Source of the DNA: Pelagibacteraceae bacterium AG-337-G06
Lineage (GTDB): Bacteria > Pseudomonadota > Alphaproteobacteria > Pelagibacterales > AG-422-B15
Direction: 5' to 3'
Length of the DNA: 64,000 bases
NCBI GenBank assembly: GCA_003282175.1
Contig: QBZX01000001.1
Location: 96,615-160,614 of the forward strand
Shown: positions 48,349-58,679 of the stretch, piece by piece
Layout: each line of letters starts with the position of its first letter
How positions within the stretch are numbered: position 1 is the stretch's first letter
Notes under the pieces: model-generated
Seen by the model: only the letters and a program-made list of their open reading frames with translations
Databases searched by the model: none
Told to the model about the DNA's origin: nothing
Program-made: the position numbers and the translations under genes

Positions 48349-50070
48349 TTAATTTGTTTTTATTGTGGTTCTTTTAGTAATAATCCACTGCTGGATGATT
48401 GAAAGAACGTTATTCGTAGTCCAATAAATCACTAGTCCAGCTGCAAATTGTGCCAGTAGAACTGTTATGAAAAATGGAAAAAACATAAATATTCTTGCTT
48501 GAATTGGATCAGGTGGTGCTGGGTTTAATTTTTGTTGCATATACATTGTAACGCCCATTAATACAGGCCAAATGCCAATAATCATAAAAGAAGGGGGATC
48601 CCAGGGAATTAAGCCAAATAAATTAAAGATAGTTGTGGGATCTTTTGCCGCCAAGTCTTGAATCCAACCATAAAAAGGCGCATGCCTCATTTCAATTGAT
48701 ACAAAAAGCATTTTGTAAATCGCAAAGAAGAAAGGGATTTGAATCAGTATAGGTAAACATCCTGATATCGGATTCACTTTTTCTTTTTTGTATAATGCCA
48801 TCAACGCTTGTTGTTGTTGGGTTCTATCATCTTTATAGAGATCTTTTATTCGAGTCATTTCTGGTTGAAGCATTTTCATTTTTGCCATTGAAACGAATGA
48901 CCAGTTTGCAAGTGGGAAAAAGACTATTCTTGTTATGACTGTTAGGTAAATAATAGCCAAGCCGAAATTACCTGACAATTGAGAGAAGAAGTAAATAACA
49001 TTAAACAATGGTTTGGTTAGGAAGTAAAACCAACCCCAATCAATGGCAAGATCAAAATTATAGATGCCATAATCTTCCTTGTATCTATCGATTAATTTAG
49101 CTTCTTTGGCTCCAATAAAAATTTGACTATCAACGGTATGCGTTTCACCACCAGGCACATTCGTAGCGTTTAAAGATCTATAATAAGCAATATAGCCATT
49201 GTCATACGTATAAATGGCTTTGAAAGATTTTTCTTGATCAGGTATCAATGCAGCCAGCCAGTATTTATCAGTTATACCAACCCAGCCATTATCACTTTCA
49301 AAATTAAGTGTTTCTTGATCATTTTTCAAATCACTATAGTCGATAAGTTCAAGTTTTTCTTTGAGAACCCCAAGCAATCCTTCGTGAAGAATAAACATTC
49401 CTGATAAAGATGGTGATTGTTTCCGAGTTACTTTGCTTGCATTGTTAATAACTATATTATCAGTTGAGTCATTTATGACTTTTTGAGTGACATCGAACAT
49501 GTAATCTTCATCAAGAGTTATGCTTGTGATAAAAGTTTGTCCGGTTTTATTTGACCATTCAAATTCAACTTCATTTGAAGTATTTAAAACTGAAACATTA
49601 TTTTTGATTTTCCACACTGTTTCAGCATTCGGTGTTTCAAATGCAGCATCTTGATTTTTTATCCATCCAAAAGTTACTTCGTATCCGTTAAAGGTATCTA
49701 AGGGTTGAAGAAGTCTAATATTTTCTGATCCTTCTTCCTGTGTTTCGTTATATTTCTTTAAAACAATGTCATCGATTTTAAGACCTTTTAAATTAATTGA
49801 ACCAGAAATACTCTGAGTATTTATATTAACTCTTTGATCTTTGCTTAGGGCTTCACTTAAATCAATAGTATTCCCATTATCTATGCCAAGTGAGTCTTCA
49901 ATCTCGGCTATTGCTTCCATGTCTAGTTCGTCTGAGTTAACTTCAGATACTTCTTCATCAAGACTAAACTCATCTAAATTTTGCTGCTCAGGAGCTTCAA
50001 AAAAGAAACTCCATATGAAAAGTACTCCAATTGAGAGAATTATCGCAAAAATTAAGTTTCTGCTTTCCAT
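48349..50070 (-). CDS. yidC: Membrane protein insertase YidC
   Basis: N-terminal TM, a large periplasmic domain, and a C-terminal 60-kDa insertase core 'GLAIIYLTVITRIVFFPL...NPISGCLPILIQIPFFFA'. Confidence 0.95.
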   Translation of the reverse strand: MESRNLIFAIILSIGVLFIWSFFFEAPEQQNLDEFSLDEEVSEVNSDELDMEAIAEIEDSLGIDNGNTIDLSEALSKDQRVNINTQSISGSINLKGLKIDDIVLKKYNETQEEGSENIRLLQPLDTFNGYEVTFGWIKNQDAAFETPNAETVWKIKNNVSVLNTSNEVEFEWSNKTGQTFITSITLDEDYMFDVTQKVINDSTDNIVINNASKVTRKQSPSLSGMFILHEGLLGVLKEKLELIDYSDLKNDQETLNFESDNGWVGITDKYWLAALIPDQEKSFKAIYTYDNGYIAYYRSLNATNVPGGETHTVDSQIFIGAKEAKLIDRYKEDYGIYNFDLAIDWGWFYFLTKPLFNVIYFFSQLSGNFGLAIIYLTVITRIVFFPLANWSFVSMAKMKMLQPEMTRIKDLYKDDRTQQQQALMALYKKEKVNPISGCLPILIQIPFFFAIYKMLFVSIEMRHAPFYGWIQDLAAKDPTTIFNLFGLIPWDPPSFMIIGIWPVLMGVTMYMQQKLNPAPPDPIQARIFMFFPFFITVLLAQFAAGLVIYWTTNNVLSIIQQWIITKRTTIKTN

Positions 50071-50310
50071 TTACTTATTTCTTTCTTTCGGTACTGGATC
50101 ATATCCCTCAGAGCCACCAAGAAATTTTATCGGATGGCACTTGCTAATTCTTTTAATTCCAAGGTATGTTCCTCTGAGTGCACCGTGATATTGAATAGCT
50201 TCTTTTGTATATTCAGAACATGTTGGCAGAAAGCGACAAGAGCTTGGAAAATAAGGAGAGATTAACCTTTGATAAATGGTAATTAAAAATAGGAAACAAT
50301 GTTTTATCAT
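50071..50310 (-). CDS. yidD: Membrane protein insertion efficiency factor YidD
   Basis: 'YQRLISP....SCRF.PTCSEY...A...HG' signature, 79 aa. Confidence 0.9.
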   Translation of the reverse strand: MIKHCFLFLITIYQRLISPYFPSSCRFLPTCSEYTKEAIQYHGALRGTYLGIKRISKCHPIKFLGGSEGYDPVPKERNK

Positions 50311-50314
50311 AAAA

Positions 50315-50647
50315 TTATCTGTGTATTTTTTTTAATGCTGTAAGCATTTCATTTTCTAATTTTTCAAAATCTTCAACCATTGCATTTTTTTTTCCAATGA
50401 TGACATAATTCCATTTTTTAATGCCATAGTTCGCTAATACTGTATTTGCTAGCACTCTTAATCTTCTTTTAATTTTATTACGTACTACCGCATTTCCATT
50501 TTGTTTTGAGACGGTATAGCCAACCTTTATTTCATTGCTATTCTTAACCTCAAATGCTTGTAAAAGAAAGGATCTACTCCGATAAAATAGACCTTTTTTA
50601 GCCTCTAGAAAATCCTTAGAGGATTTAAGTGTAACTAGACTTTTCAT
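50315..50647 (-). CDS. rnpA: RNase P protein component
   Basis: '[22 protein letters not shown]' is the RNR motif region. It sits between rpmH and yidD. Confidence 0.85.
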   Translation of the reverse strand: MKSLVTLKSSKDFLEAKKGLFYRSRSFLLQAFEVKNSNEIKVGYTVSKQNGNAVVRNKIKRRLRVLANTVLANYGIKKWNYVIIGKKNAMVEDFEKLENEMLTALKKIHR

Positions 50648-50661
50648 GATGGACTGATTAT

Positions 50662-50796
50662 TTAGGCTGAAAGAACTTTTCTACCTTTAGAGCGACGTCT
50701 AGCCAAGATTATACGACCATCCTTAGTAGCAGACCGGGCTCTAAAACCATGTCGTCTCTTCTTCACTAGATTACTGGGCTGAAACGTTCTTTTCAT
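50662..50796 (-). CDS. rpmH: 50S ribosomal protein L34
   Basis: Hand translation gives [44 protein letters not shown] (44 aa). It is below the ORF-track length cut-off. Confidence 0.95.
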   Translation of the reverse strand: MKRTFQPSNLVKKRRHGFRARSATKDGRIILARRRSKGRKVLSA

Positions 50797-50880
50797 AATA
50801 AATTAATTAGATTGAATTAGTGAAATGGCTTATAAATTGCATTCATTATATAGTCAATTAATATTCATTAATTTAGTTAA

Positions 50881-51570
50881 ATGTTCAAAAACAAGATAAT
50901 AAACATCATCGTTGGCATCTCCTTATTTGTGAGCGCTCTTTATTTACTAGGCAAATATAACCCCATATCAATGGAATTTTTAATTAATCAACATGGTTTA
51001 ATACAAGATTTTATTATTGCACATCCAGTTTTATCTGTATTTCTCTGCACATTGATTATAGCGATGATGATCTCAATTATGGGACCAATTACACCAGTGT
51101 GTATTTTGGCAGGTTTCTACTTTGGTATATACATTGGATTGATCATTGCAATCATAGGAGAGGTGATCGGGGCAATGGTTGTATTTGTTTATGCACGGTA
51201 TTTCTTTAAAGAATATATTCTGAGACAGTTTGGTTCAAGATTTGATAAGTTTAAAGATGGCTTTAACCGCAATGCAATAAGTTATCTTCTTTTTATAAGA
51301 GTAATTGGTGGAGTACCTTTTGGAATACAGAACTTACTTCCTGCAGTATTGGACATGAAATTAAGAGACTACTTTATTGCAACTATATTTGGAGTAATCC
51401 CCTGGGCATATATTCTTGTTAGTATTGGAAATGGCATTCAAAATATAGTTGATACACAAAGTTTCTCTAGTGAAGATATTCTTAAAGTAGAGTATTTGCT
51501 TCCAGTACTTTTAATTAGTGTAATTGTGATAATACCTGTGATTTATAAATTTATAAAAAAAAGATTTTAG
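50881..51570 (+). CDS. TVP38/TMEM64 (DedA-related) family membrane protein
   Basis: 229 aa with 5-6 TM segments. 'LFIRVIGGVPFGIQNLLPAVLDMKLRDYFIATIFGVIPW' fits the family core. Confidence 0.75.
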   Translation: MFKNKIINIIVGISLFVSALYLLGKYNPISMEFLINQHGLIQDFIIAHPVLSVFLCTLIIAMMISIMGPITPVCILAGFYFGIYIGLIIAIIGEVIGAMVVFVYARYFFKEYILRQFGSRFDKFKDGFNRNAISYLLFIRVIGGVPFGIQNLLPAVLDMKLRDYFIATIFGVIPWAYILVSIGNGIQNIVDTQSFSSEDILKVEYLLPVLLISVIVIIPVIYKFIKKRF

Positions 51571-51608
51571 TTTATTAATAAAAGAGTAGCTTATAAATAA
51601 TTCTACAT

Positions 51609-51685
51609 GCGCCGGTGGCTCAGCTGGATAGAGCACCAGACTACGAATCTGGGGGTCGGGAGTTCGAATCTCTCCCGGCGCGCCA
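51609..51685 (+). tRNA. tRNA-Arg (anticodon ACG)
   Basis: Acceptor GCGCCGG/CCGGCGC, D-arm 'GCTCAGCTGGATAGAGC', anticodon stem CCAGA/TCTGG with loop CT-ACG-AA, T-loop 'GGTTCGAATCT...' and an encoded CCA. 77 nt. Confidence 0.9.
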
Positions 51686-51695
51686 AAAAAATATT

Positions 51696-52577
51696 ATGTT
51701 TGAAAAACTATCAAATAAACAAAAAGGAACATTACTTGCTTTTATAGGTGTCATGATTATTACTCCAGATGCGCTTATTATAAGATCTGTGAGTATTGAG
51801 ACATGGGATCTTTTATTTTACCGCTCACTTTTACCAGGCTTTACTCTCTTAGTAGGATATTTTGTTTTTTTTAATCATAGAGCCTTAGACGATTTTATGG
51901 GCATTGGAATGCCAGGCATTATCAATGCACTATTAGTTCTTGGTGCTAATGTGACTTTTGTAATGGCACTGGCAAACACAGATGTAGCAAATGCACTAAT
52001 CATGATTAGTTTAGTGCCAATAATTGCAGCAATTTTTTCTTTTATTTTCTTAAATGAAAAGCCTGAGATAATTACATGGTTTTGTTCTTTTGGATGCCTA
52101 TTAGCAGTAGTTTTCATTTTTTATGAGTCATATGAACTCAATAAATATTTAGGAGACTTCTATGGTTTACTATGCGCAATTTTTGTTGGCGCTAGTCTCA
52201 CGGTAATGAGAAGATCACCTGAAATAAATTTTGTACCCTCATATATTCTAGGTAAATTAGCTACCGCTGTACTATCAGCATTTTTTGTCTCGTCATTTGT
52301 CATTGAAACTTATGATTTATTATTGATATCTCTTATGATTATAACTGTGGGAGTATCGTTTGTATTTATTAGTATAGCGCCTCAATATATAAGTTCGCCA
52401 GAAGTTGGAATATTTTTTCTTCTTGAAACTTCGCTGGGTCCTTTATGGGTATGGCTGTTTATATTTGAACAACCTACTCAGAAAACCTTGATAGGAGGTA
52501 TATTAATTATACTTATAGTATTTGGACATTCTTACTACATGATAAAAAAAGAAAATATTGATAGGGTATCTCTATGA
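51696..52577 (+). CDS. EamA/DMT-family transporter
   Basis: 10 TM segments in a duplicated EamA pattern. The start was set to ATG 51696 because the ORF-track extension from 51615 is the tRNA-Arg read as protein. Confidence 0.75.
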   Translation: MFEKLSNKQKGTLLAFIGVMIITPDALIIRSVSIETWDLLFYRSLLPGFTLLVGYFVFFNHRALDDFMGIGMPGIINALLVLGANVTFVMALANTDVANALIMISLVPIIAAIFSFIFLNEKPEIITWFCSFGCLLAVVFIFYESYELNKYLGDFYGLLCAIFVGASLTVMRRSPEINFVPSYILGKLATAVLSAFFVSSFVIETYDLLLISLMIITVGVSFVFISIAPQYISSPEVGIFFLLETSLGPLWVWLFIFEQPTQKTLIGGILIILIVFGHSYYMIKKENIDRVSL

Positions 52578-53638
52578 GAGTCTTAATACTGTTTTCTTTT
52601 TTATTAATTTTTTCCTGTGCTCAGCCTCAAACGAAGCTTCCAGAATACAGTACTGTCCTTACCGATAAAGAACGAGATATTCAAAATCAGATGTTTGCAG
52701 AGTCATGGTTAAATACATACATTCCATTTTCTGAAATGGGCACTAATATTTTATTTAGCGCTGCAGACCTTTGCGCGGAGGACGACCGTATTTACTCGCT
52801 TGGTATGAACTTAGGAAATGAAAATTCAGCCTATGAAAGTATTCGAGAAGAGATCAATCAATCATTAGGATTAGGATCTAAATTAAAAGTTGTAAGTGTT
52901 GGCTCAGATACACCAGCTGGAAAATCTGGAATTTTGACTGGAGATGAGATTCTTGAAATTGATGGGGAAAAAATCAAACAAGGTAAGGACGCATTTTCGT
53001 CTTATGTAGAAAAGATAGATAGAAAATATAGAAAATTGTATGATTTAAAAATCTTGAGAAATAGTGAGATTATTAATTTTCAAGTTCGAAGTGAGCAGAG
53101 ATGTAGATTTGATTTTGTGATAGATCTCGATAACAATACATTTAATGCATTTGCAAATGGTGACATCATGGTCTTTTCATTAAGGATGGCCAAATGGTTA
53201 ATGATGAATGAAACAGGAGCAGCAATTGTTTTTGCTCATGAATTAGGTCATAACGCAAATAAGCATGTTGCAGATAAAATTGAAAATGCTCAGGCAGGAG
53301 CACTTATTGGATTGCTCTTAGGTATTTATGTTGGTCTTCCCCAAGATATGATGGAAATAGGTCAAAGTATGGGAGCTTCTGCTTATTCGATAGATTATGA
53401 GAATGAGGCAGATTACTTAAGCATGTATATTCTACAGAAATCCGGTTATAATCTTGATGAAGCTGTTGATTTTTGGAGGAGATTTGCAGTAGAAGTTCCA
53501 AATTCAATTTATTCAGTGGGAGGAACTCACCCATCAACAGCCGAGAGATATGTCAGAATGGAAGCGACAATTCAAGAAATTAAGAATAAAATAAACAATA
53601 ATGAAGCACTAATTCCCACTTATGAGAAAACTAATTAA
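52574..53638 (+). CDS. Lipoprotein: PDZ domain + M48-family zinc metallopeptidase
   Basis: Lipobox 'LLIFSC', PDZ 'VVSVGSDTPAGKSGILTGDEILEIDGEKI', 'AHELGHNANKH' (HExxH) and 'ENEADYLSMY'. Shares a 4-nt overlap with the EamA gene. Confidence 0.75.
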   Translation: MRVLILFSFLLIFSCAQPQTKLPEYSTVLTDKERDIQNQMFAESWLNTYIPFSEMGTNILFSAADLCAEDDRIYSLGMNLGNENSAYESIREEINQSLGLGSKLKVVSVGSDTPAGKSGILTGDEILEIDGEKIKQGKDAFSSYVEKIDRKYRKLYDLKILRNSEIINFQVRSEQRCRFDFVIDLDNNTFNAFANGDIMVFSLRMAKWLMMNETGAAIVFAHELGHNANKHVADKIENAQAGALIGLLLGIYVGLPQDMMEIGQSMGASAYSIDYENEADYLSMYILQKSGYNLDEAVDFWRRFAVEVPNSIYSVGGTHPSTAERYVRMEATIQEIKNKINNNEALIPTYEKTN

Positions 53639-53721
53639 AAAATGAGTTTAATGAATGCTGTGATATGTGTAGTGGTAATTTTATTGGTATTTTCTTTTAG
53701 CTTAAGTTTAATTTTTATTCT

Positions 53722-54180
53722 TTAATTAGTGATCCTGAACTTTTTTTTGGCCTTTCTTCTTTCGCGAACTTTACTTAATGGCTGATAAGCCTGTTTATAG
53801 TGGGACTGACAATAAACGAAACCTTCTTGAGTATTCCTGCCGCAAAACTTGAATTCTATTTCTTCTGGCTCGCCTAAGGGCCACCGACACAGTCCATCTT
53901 TTATATCCTCAAAAGCCGTTGGATTCATGGGTTCATCAATAATGGGAGAGATATTTATGATTTTTTGATTTTGTGAGATATTTACTCTTTTCTTTCTTAT
54001 GATCGATATACCACCACTAGACTTCTTATTTGCCATCCTTCCAGATAGCCCAAGTCTATGAGCTTTACCAATAACGGCATTTCTAGTTACCTCTCCAAGT
54101 TCAGCCGCAATTCTACTTGCAGTAAGTCCTTCTTCCCACAATTGCTTAAGTTTTTCCACTCTTTCATAAGTCCAAGACAT
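53722..54180 (-). CDS. gcrA: Cell-cycle transcriptional regulator GcrA
   Basis: 'MSWTYERVEKLKQLWEEGLTASRIAAELG..TRNAVIGKAHRLGL' and C-terminal 'CRWPLGEP....FCG'. ATG 54180 is preceded by AAGGTGAT. Confidence 0.85.
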   Translation of the reverse strand: MSWTYERVEKLKQLWEEGLTASRIAAELGEVTRNAVIGKAHRLGLSGRMANKKSSGGISIIRKKRVNISQNQKIINISPIIDEPMNPTAFEDIKDGLCRWPLGEPEEIEFKFCGRNTQEGFVYCQSHYKQAYQPLSKVRERRKAKKKFRITN

Positions 54181-54370
54181 AGTAATCACCTTAATCAATA
54201 AAATCTTACCACTACATTTTGATTAATTTCAATAGAAATATACTAAATATTGAATTATTTTAAAATTTCTTGTGAGTAGAAATAAATTTTCATTCAATTT
54301 CAGGTAAATAGTTATCTTATTGAAATTTAAATATTAATGACATTTTATGAAATATATTTAAATAGTCGCT

Positions 54371-55138
54371 ATGAATTACAACCCTACTGGTTTTGTTACT
54401 CTTTACAAAAAGGAAGTCCAAAGGTTTACAAAAATACCTTTGCAGACAATTGCCGCACCTGCTTTAACAAGCTTGTTATTTTTAATCATATTCACAACAG
54501 CTATTGGCTCTGTGAGAGCAGACTATCCATTAGATAGCTTTAAAAATTTTCTTTTTCCAGGACTTATCATGATGACTATTATTCAGAATGCGTTTATGAA
54601 TAATTCATCATCAATTTTAATGTCTAAGGTACAAGGGAATATTGTAGATTTGCTTATGCCTCCACTTAGTAACGTTGAAATTATTTTGGCATTCACTCTT
54701 GCTGGAATAACCCGAGGTCTCGCGTCAGCTGTTGCGTGTGCTTTAGTTATGATGCCATTTATTGAGGTTACTGTTTATAATTTATGGATTATTTTAATCT
54801 TTGCTATTCTAGCATCAGCTATAATGGCGTTGATTGGGATGATATCTGGTATCTGGGCTGAAAAATGGGACCATCTAGGTACAGTTGGTAATTTTGTGAT
54901 CGTACCACTATCTTTTTTGTCCGGAACTTTTTATTCAATTACAGTTCTACCGGATGTAATCCAAAGGGCAAGTCTCATTAACCCATTCTTTTATATGATA
55001 GATGGTTTCAGGTTTGGATTCTTAGGGGCAAGCGACTCTTCAATTTTGCATGCATTTACTATCTTGATTATGGTTTTGATATCTCTAATAGTTATTAATT
55101 ATTTAATGTTAAAAACTGGGTATAAATTAAGAGCTTAA
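54371..55138 (+). CDS. ABC-2 type transporter permease (YadH-like)
   Basis: 'LYKKEVQRFTKIPLQTIAAPALTSLLFLIIF' with 6 TM segments, 255 aa. No ATPase gene is adjacent. Confidence 0.8.
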   Translation: MNYNPTGFVTLYKKEVQRFTKIPLQTIAAPALTSLLFLIIFTTAIGSVRADYPLDSFKNFLFPGLIMMTIIQNAFMNNSSSILMSKVQGNIVDLLMPPLSNVEIILAFTLAGITRGLASAVACALVMMPFIEVTVYNLWIILIFAILASAIMALIGMISGIWAEKWDHLGTVGNFVIVPLSFLSGTFYSITVLPDVIQRASLINPFFYMIDGFRFGFLGASDSSILHAFTILIMVLISLIVINYLMLKTGYKLRA

Positions 55139-55140
55139 AA

Positions 55141-56310
55141 ATGAATAATATATTACCAACATACCCAAGGTCTGAATTAGTTTTTACTCACGGCGAAGGT
55201 AGTTATTTATATGAAAAATCAGGTAAAAAATACTTAGATTTCGGAACAGGTATAGCAGTAAATTCGTTAGGATATTCTCATCCTTATCTAAATCAAAAAC
55301 TAAGGGAACAATCAGAAAAACTCTGGCACCTTTCAAATGTATATCAAATTCCTGAGCAAGAACTATTAGCTTCACGTTTATGTGAATTATGTTTTGCAGA
55401 CTATGCTTTCTTTTGTAACTCAGGCACAGAAGCAGTAGAGGCAAGCATTAAAATTGCTAGAAGATATTTTCATAAAACTAAAAATTCTAGAGTAAAAAAA
55501 GAGATTATTAGTTTTAGTGGTTCTTTTCATGGAAGAACTATAGGTGCGCTTGCAGCTCAAGGGCCTGAAAAAATGAAAATATTTAATACAGCTGTGAATG
55601 ATTTTAAGTTTCTTGAGTTCGGTGATCATGAATTATTAAAAAGTTCAATTAATGAAAATACTGCAGCGGTTATTATAGAACCCATTCAAGGTGAAGGGGG
55701 AGTAAGAGAAGTTCCAACATTTTGCCTAGATGCGATTAGGCGATTGTGCGATGAAAATGAAGTTTTGCTTATATTTGATGAAGTGCAATGTGGAATGGGT
55801 CGGACAGGCAAAATGTTCGCTTATCAGTGGTCAAATGTAGAACCAGATATAATGACTATAGCGAAAGCAATTGGTAACGGTTTTCCAATAGGAGCATGTT
55901 TAACTTCAAAAAAGGTGGGTGACGCTATGGAGTTTGGGTCACACGGATCTACCTTTGGCGGAAATCCGTTAGCATGTAGTGTTGGAAATGCAGTGCTAGA
56001 TTTGATGACTTCTCCTAAATTCTTTAATGAAGTTATTACTGTCTCTGAAAAATTATTATTAGATCTAAATAAAGTTGCTAATGATTATCCAGATATTATT
56101 GAGGGTATAAGAGGAAAGGGTTTTATTCTAGGATTAAAATGTAACATTAATAATGAAGATTTTGTTAAACAAGCACGTAAAAATTTCATTTTAACAGTTA
56201 AAGCCTCTGATAATGTTGTAAGGCTTCTTCCTCCAATAAATTTATCTAATTCAGAATGCGATGAAGCAATTGATAAAATTAGATCGACTTGTAAAGAGCT
56301 ATCCTTGTGA
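55141..56310 (+). CDS. argD: Acetylornithine (possibly also succinyl-DAP) aminotransferase
   Basis: Class III aminotransferase motifs 'FCNSGTEAVEA', 'DEVQCGMGRTGK' and 'TIAKAIGNGFPIGA' (the PLP Lys). Confidence 0.9.
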   Translation: MNNILPTYPRSELVFTHGEGSYLYEKSGKKYLDFGTGIAVNSLGYSHPYLNQKLREQSEKLWHLSNVYQIPEQELLASRLCELCFADYAFFCNSGTEAVEASIKIARRYFHKTKNSRVKKEIISFSGSFHGRTIGALAAQGPEKMKIFNTAVNDFKFLEFGDHELLKSSINENTAAVIIEPIQGEGGVREVPTFCLDAIRRLCDENEVLLIFDEVQCGMGRTGKMFAYQWSNVEPDIMTIAKAIGNGFPIGACLTSKKVGDAMEFGSHGSTFGGNPLACSVGNAVLDLMTSPKFFNEVITVSEKLLLDLNKVANDYPDIIEGIRGKGFILGLKCNINNEDFVKQARKNFILTVKASDNVVRLLPPINLSNSECDEAIDKIRSTCKELSL

Positions 56311-57215
56311 AAAACTTTATAGACATTAAAGATTTTACTGCAGAAGAAATTAATGCATTACTTAATTCGGCTATAGAAAAGAAAAATCATAACTTAAGCT
56401 CAAAAGAAATATTGTCTGGAAAAAACCTAATCTTATTTTTTGAGAAAAACTCTACAAGAACAAGGCTTTCATTTGATCTTGCGGTTAAACAACTCGGTGG
56501 TTCATCAATTATACTTAACGGCTCAGATATACACTTGAGCAGTGGCAAGGAGAGTCTCTCAGATACGATCAAAACATTCAGTCTTTATTCTGATGGGGTT
56601 GTTATGCGAGTAAATAAACACCAGACTATATTGGACACTATAGAAGTTTCAAGTGTGCCTATTATTAATGGACTTTCAAATTTATCTCATCCATGCCAAT
56701 GTATGGCGGGTTTAATGACCATTATTGAAGAAAAAGGTTCTTTAGAAAATTTAAATATTACTTGGTTTGGTCCTATAACCAATGTAGCACATTCATGGAT
56801 TGAAGCTTATTCCAAAAATTTAGGATTTAAATTCAGTATTTTTTCACCCGATAGATCGAGAGATTTATACTTATCTAAAATTACTAAATACAAAGAAAAC
56901 TTAAATTTAGAAAGTATTATTCATAATCAAATTGATGATGAAATTTTATCTACAGCCGATGTAATTATGACAGACACATGGCAGTCCATGGGTGAAGAAA
57001 CTGATGAACAAGTGATTAGAGAGTTACACGATTTTAGAGTGACAAAAACTTTAATGAATATGGCAAAAAAAGATTGTATTTTTATGCACTGCTTACCAGC
57101 AAATAGGGGTCAAGAAGTTGAAGAGACTGTAATTGATGGAGCAAACTCAAGAATTTGGGAAGAGGCATCAAATAGACTCCATGTCCAAAAACAAATCCTT
57201 AGAATATTAATATAG
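56307..57215 (+). CDS. argF: Ornithine carbamoyltransferase
   Basis: 'STRTRLSF', 'HPCQ', 'DTWQSMG' and 'FMHCLPANRGQEV'. Shares a 4-nt overlap with argD. Confidence 0.9.
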   Translation: MKNFIDIKDFTAEEINALLNSAIEKKNHNLSSKEILSGKNLILFFEKNSTRTRLSFDLAVKQLGGSSIILNGSDIHLSSGKESLSDTIKTFSLYSDGVVMRVNKHQTILDTIEVSSVPIINGLSNLSHPCQCMAGLMTIIEEKGSLENLNITWFGPITNVAHSWIEAYSKNLGFKFSIFSPDRSRDLYLSKITKYKENLNLESIIHNQIDDEILSTADVIMTDTWQSMGEETDEQVIRELHDFRVTKTLMNMAKKDCIFMHCLPANRGQEVEETVIDGANSRIWEEASNRLHVQKQILRILI

Positions 57216-58667
57216 TTATTTTTTCCAAAAAGCGGGATGAAGTATCACTAGAACAGTGAGAATCTCAAGTCTTCCTAATAACATTGAAAAAATCAGTACC
57301 CATTTTGCAAATGTACTAATTTCATAAAACGAATTTTCAGGACCAATCATTTCGCCAAGACCAGGTCCAACATTTGCAAGTGATGTTGCAGCAGCTGACA
57401 AACTGGTTACAAAATCTAGCTCTGTTGTAGAAAGTAATAATGTAATAACGATAAAACTCAAAATAAATATGAAGAAAAAACTCATTACTGACGAAGTTAC
57501 ATCTTCTTCAATTTTTTTATGATTATAGTGAGGAACAAAAACTCCATGAGGATGAAGTAGTTTTTGAATTTGCATTTTTAGTGTTTGGAACAAGATTTGG
57601 AATCTAAATACTTTTATTCCACATGTTGTTGAACCAGCACATCCTCCAATAAACATTCCAAAAAATAAAAGATAAATTGGAAAAGGTCCCCATAAATTAT
57701 AATTATCAGATGTATAACCAGTGCCAGTAATTATAGAAATAACGTTAAATGCTCCACTTCTAATTGACTCTTCAATATTCTTTATATCCGTGATCCATAA
57801 GTATAATATTACCAACAGGGAGCTAAATAATATTATTCCAAGAAATGTAATTATCTGTGTGTCTGAAATTATTCGTTTGAATCCATCCTTGAATGCTTCA
57901 AGATAAATTAATATTGGAAGACTACTCAGTATCATAAAAACTATTGCAGTATATTCCAACGATTTACTGTTAAAACTAGCAAATGAATTATTTTGAGTTG
58001 AAAATCCACCAGTAGCAATTGTTGTCATTGAGTGAACTAGTGCATCAAAAAAGTTCATCCCACCCAACCAATATGCAACTAAGCAAACTAATGTGAGTAT
58101 CAAATAAATTATGATAACAGCAGAGGCTATCTGCGTTGTTCTGGGAAGAATTTTATCTGTTGTATCTGAGTTTTCTGCTCTGAATACCTGCATTCCTCCA
58201 ACACGTAGAACGGGCAAAATACTTACAGCCATTACAATAATTCCGATGCCACCCATCCATTGCAATAAACCTCTCCATATTAACATTCCCTCCGTTAATG
58301 ACTCAACATTCTGAATAACACTGGATCCAGTTGTTGTAATTCCTGACATTGACTCAAATATTGAGTTGGTAAAATTTAATCCTTCTTCAGCGAAATAAAA
58401 GGGAAAAGCAGAAAATATACTAATTGAAAGCCATGATAATGATGTAATTAAAAATGCGTCCTGCATCAAAATTTTACTATTTTCTTCATTTCGAGTAGAA
58501 ATTAGGAATGTAACTCCAAATCCAAGTGTTATGATCGCACTGGTAATAAAAGACTTCCACGTATGATTACCCATTCCAAGATCAATCATCATTGGGATAA
58601 GCATTACTAGACTAAGGGCAATTAAAAGGAACCCTAATACATTAAGTATTATCTTAAAATTTATCAT
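57216..58667 (-). CDS. trkH: Trk-type K+ uptake protein TrkH
   Basis: 483 aa with repeated pore-loop motifs ('MSGITTTGSS', 'TIATGGFST', 'TGTGYTS', 'LANVGPGLG'). Confidence 0.9.
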   Translation of the reverse strand: MINFKIILNVLGFLLIALSLVMLIPMMIDLGMGNHTWKSFITSAIITLGFGVTFLISTRNEENSKILMQDAFLITSLSWLSISIFSAFPFYFAEEGLNFTNSIFESMSGITTTGSSVIQNVESLTEGMLIWRGLLQWMGGIGIIVMAVSILPVLRVGGMQVFRAENSDTTDKILPRTTQIASAVIIIYLILTLVCLVAYWLGGMNFFDALVHSMTTIATGGFSTQNNSFASFNSKSLEYTAIVFMILSSLPILIYLEAFKDGFKRIISDTQIITFLGIILFSSLLVILYLWITDIKNIEESIRSGAFNVISIITGTGYTSDNYNLWGPFPIYLLFFGMFIGGCAGSTTCGIKVFRFQILFQTLKMQIQKLLHPHGVFVPHYNHKKIEEDVTSSVMSFFFIFILSFIVITLLLSTTELDFVTSLSAAATSLANVGPGLGEMIGPENSFYEISTFAKWVLIFSMLLGRLEILTVLVILHPAFWKK

Positions 58668-58679
58668 TAAATTAAATTA

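Noticed and set aside
50797-50880. The spacer upstream of rpmH was considered as a possible replication origin, because rpmH-rnpA-yidC often neighbours dnaA/oriC.
   Set aside because: The neighbouring gene is a TVP38-family membrane protein, not dnaA. No DnaA-box-like 9-mers were seen in the 84-bp spacer. Alphaproteobacterial origins are usually elsewhere.
51615-51695. N-terminal extension of the EamA ORF (MAQLDRAPDYESGGREFESLPARQ...).
   Set aside because: These codons are the tRNA-Arg(ACG) gene read as protein. The real start is ATG 51696.
53642-53725. A 27-codon hydrophobic ORF (MSLMNAVICVVVILLVFSFSLSLIFIL) between the M48 peptidase and gcrA. It was considered as a possible type I toxin-like peptide.
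   Set aside because: T-rich spacers generate Phe/Leu/Ile ORFs by chance. There is no SD, no antisense RNA signature and no recognisable family. It also overlaps the gcrA stop codon.
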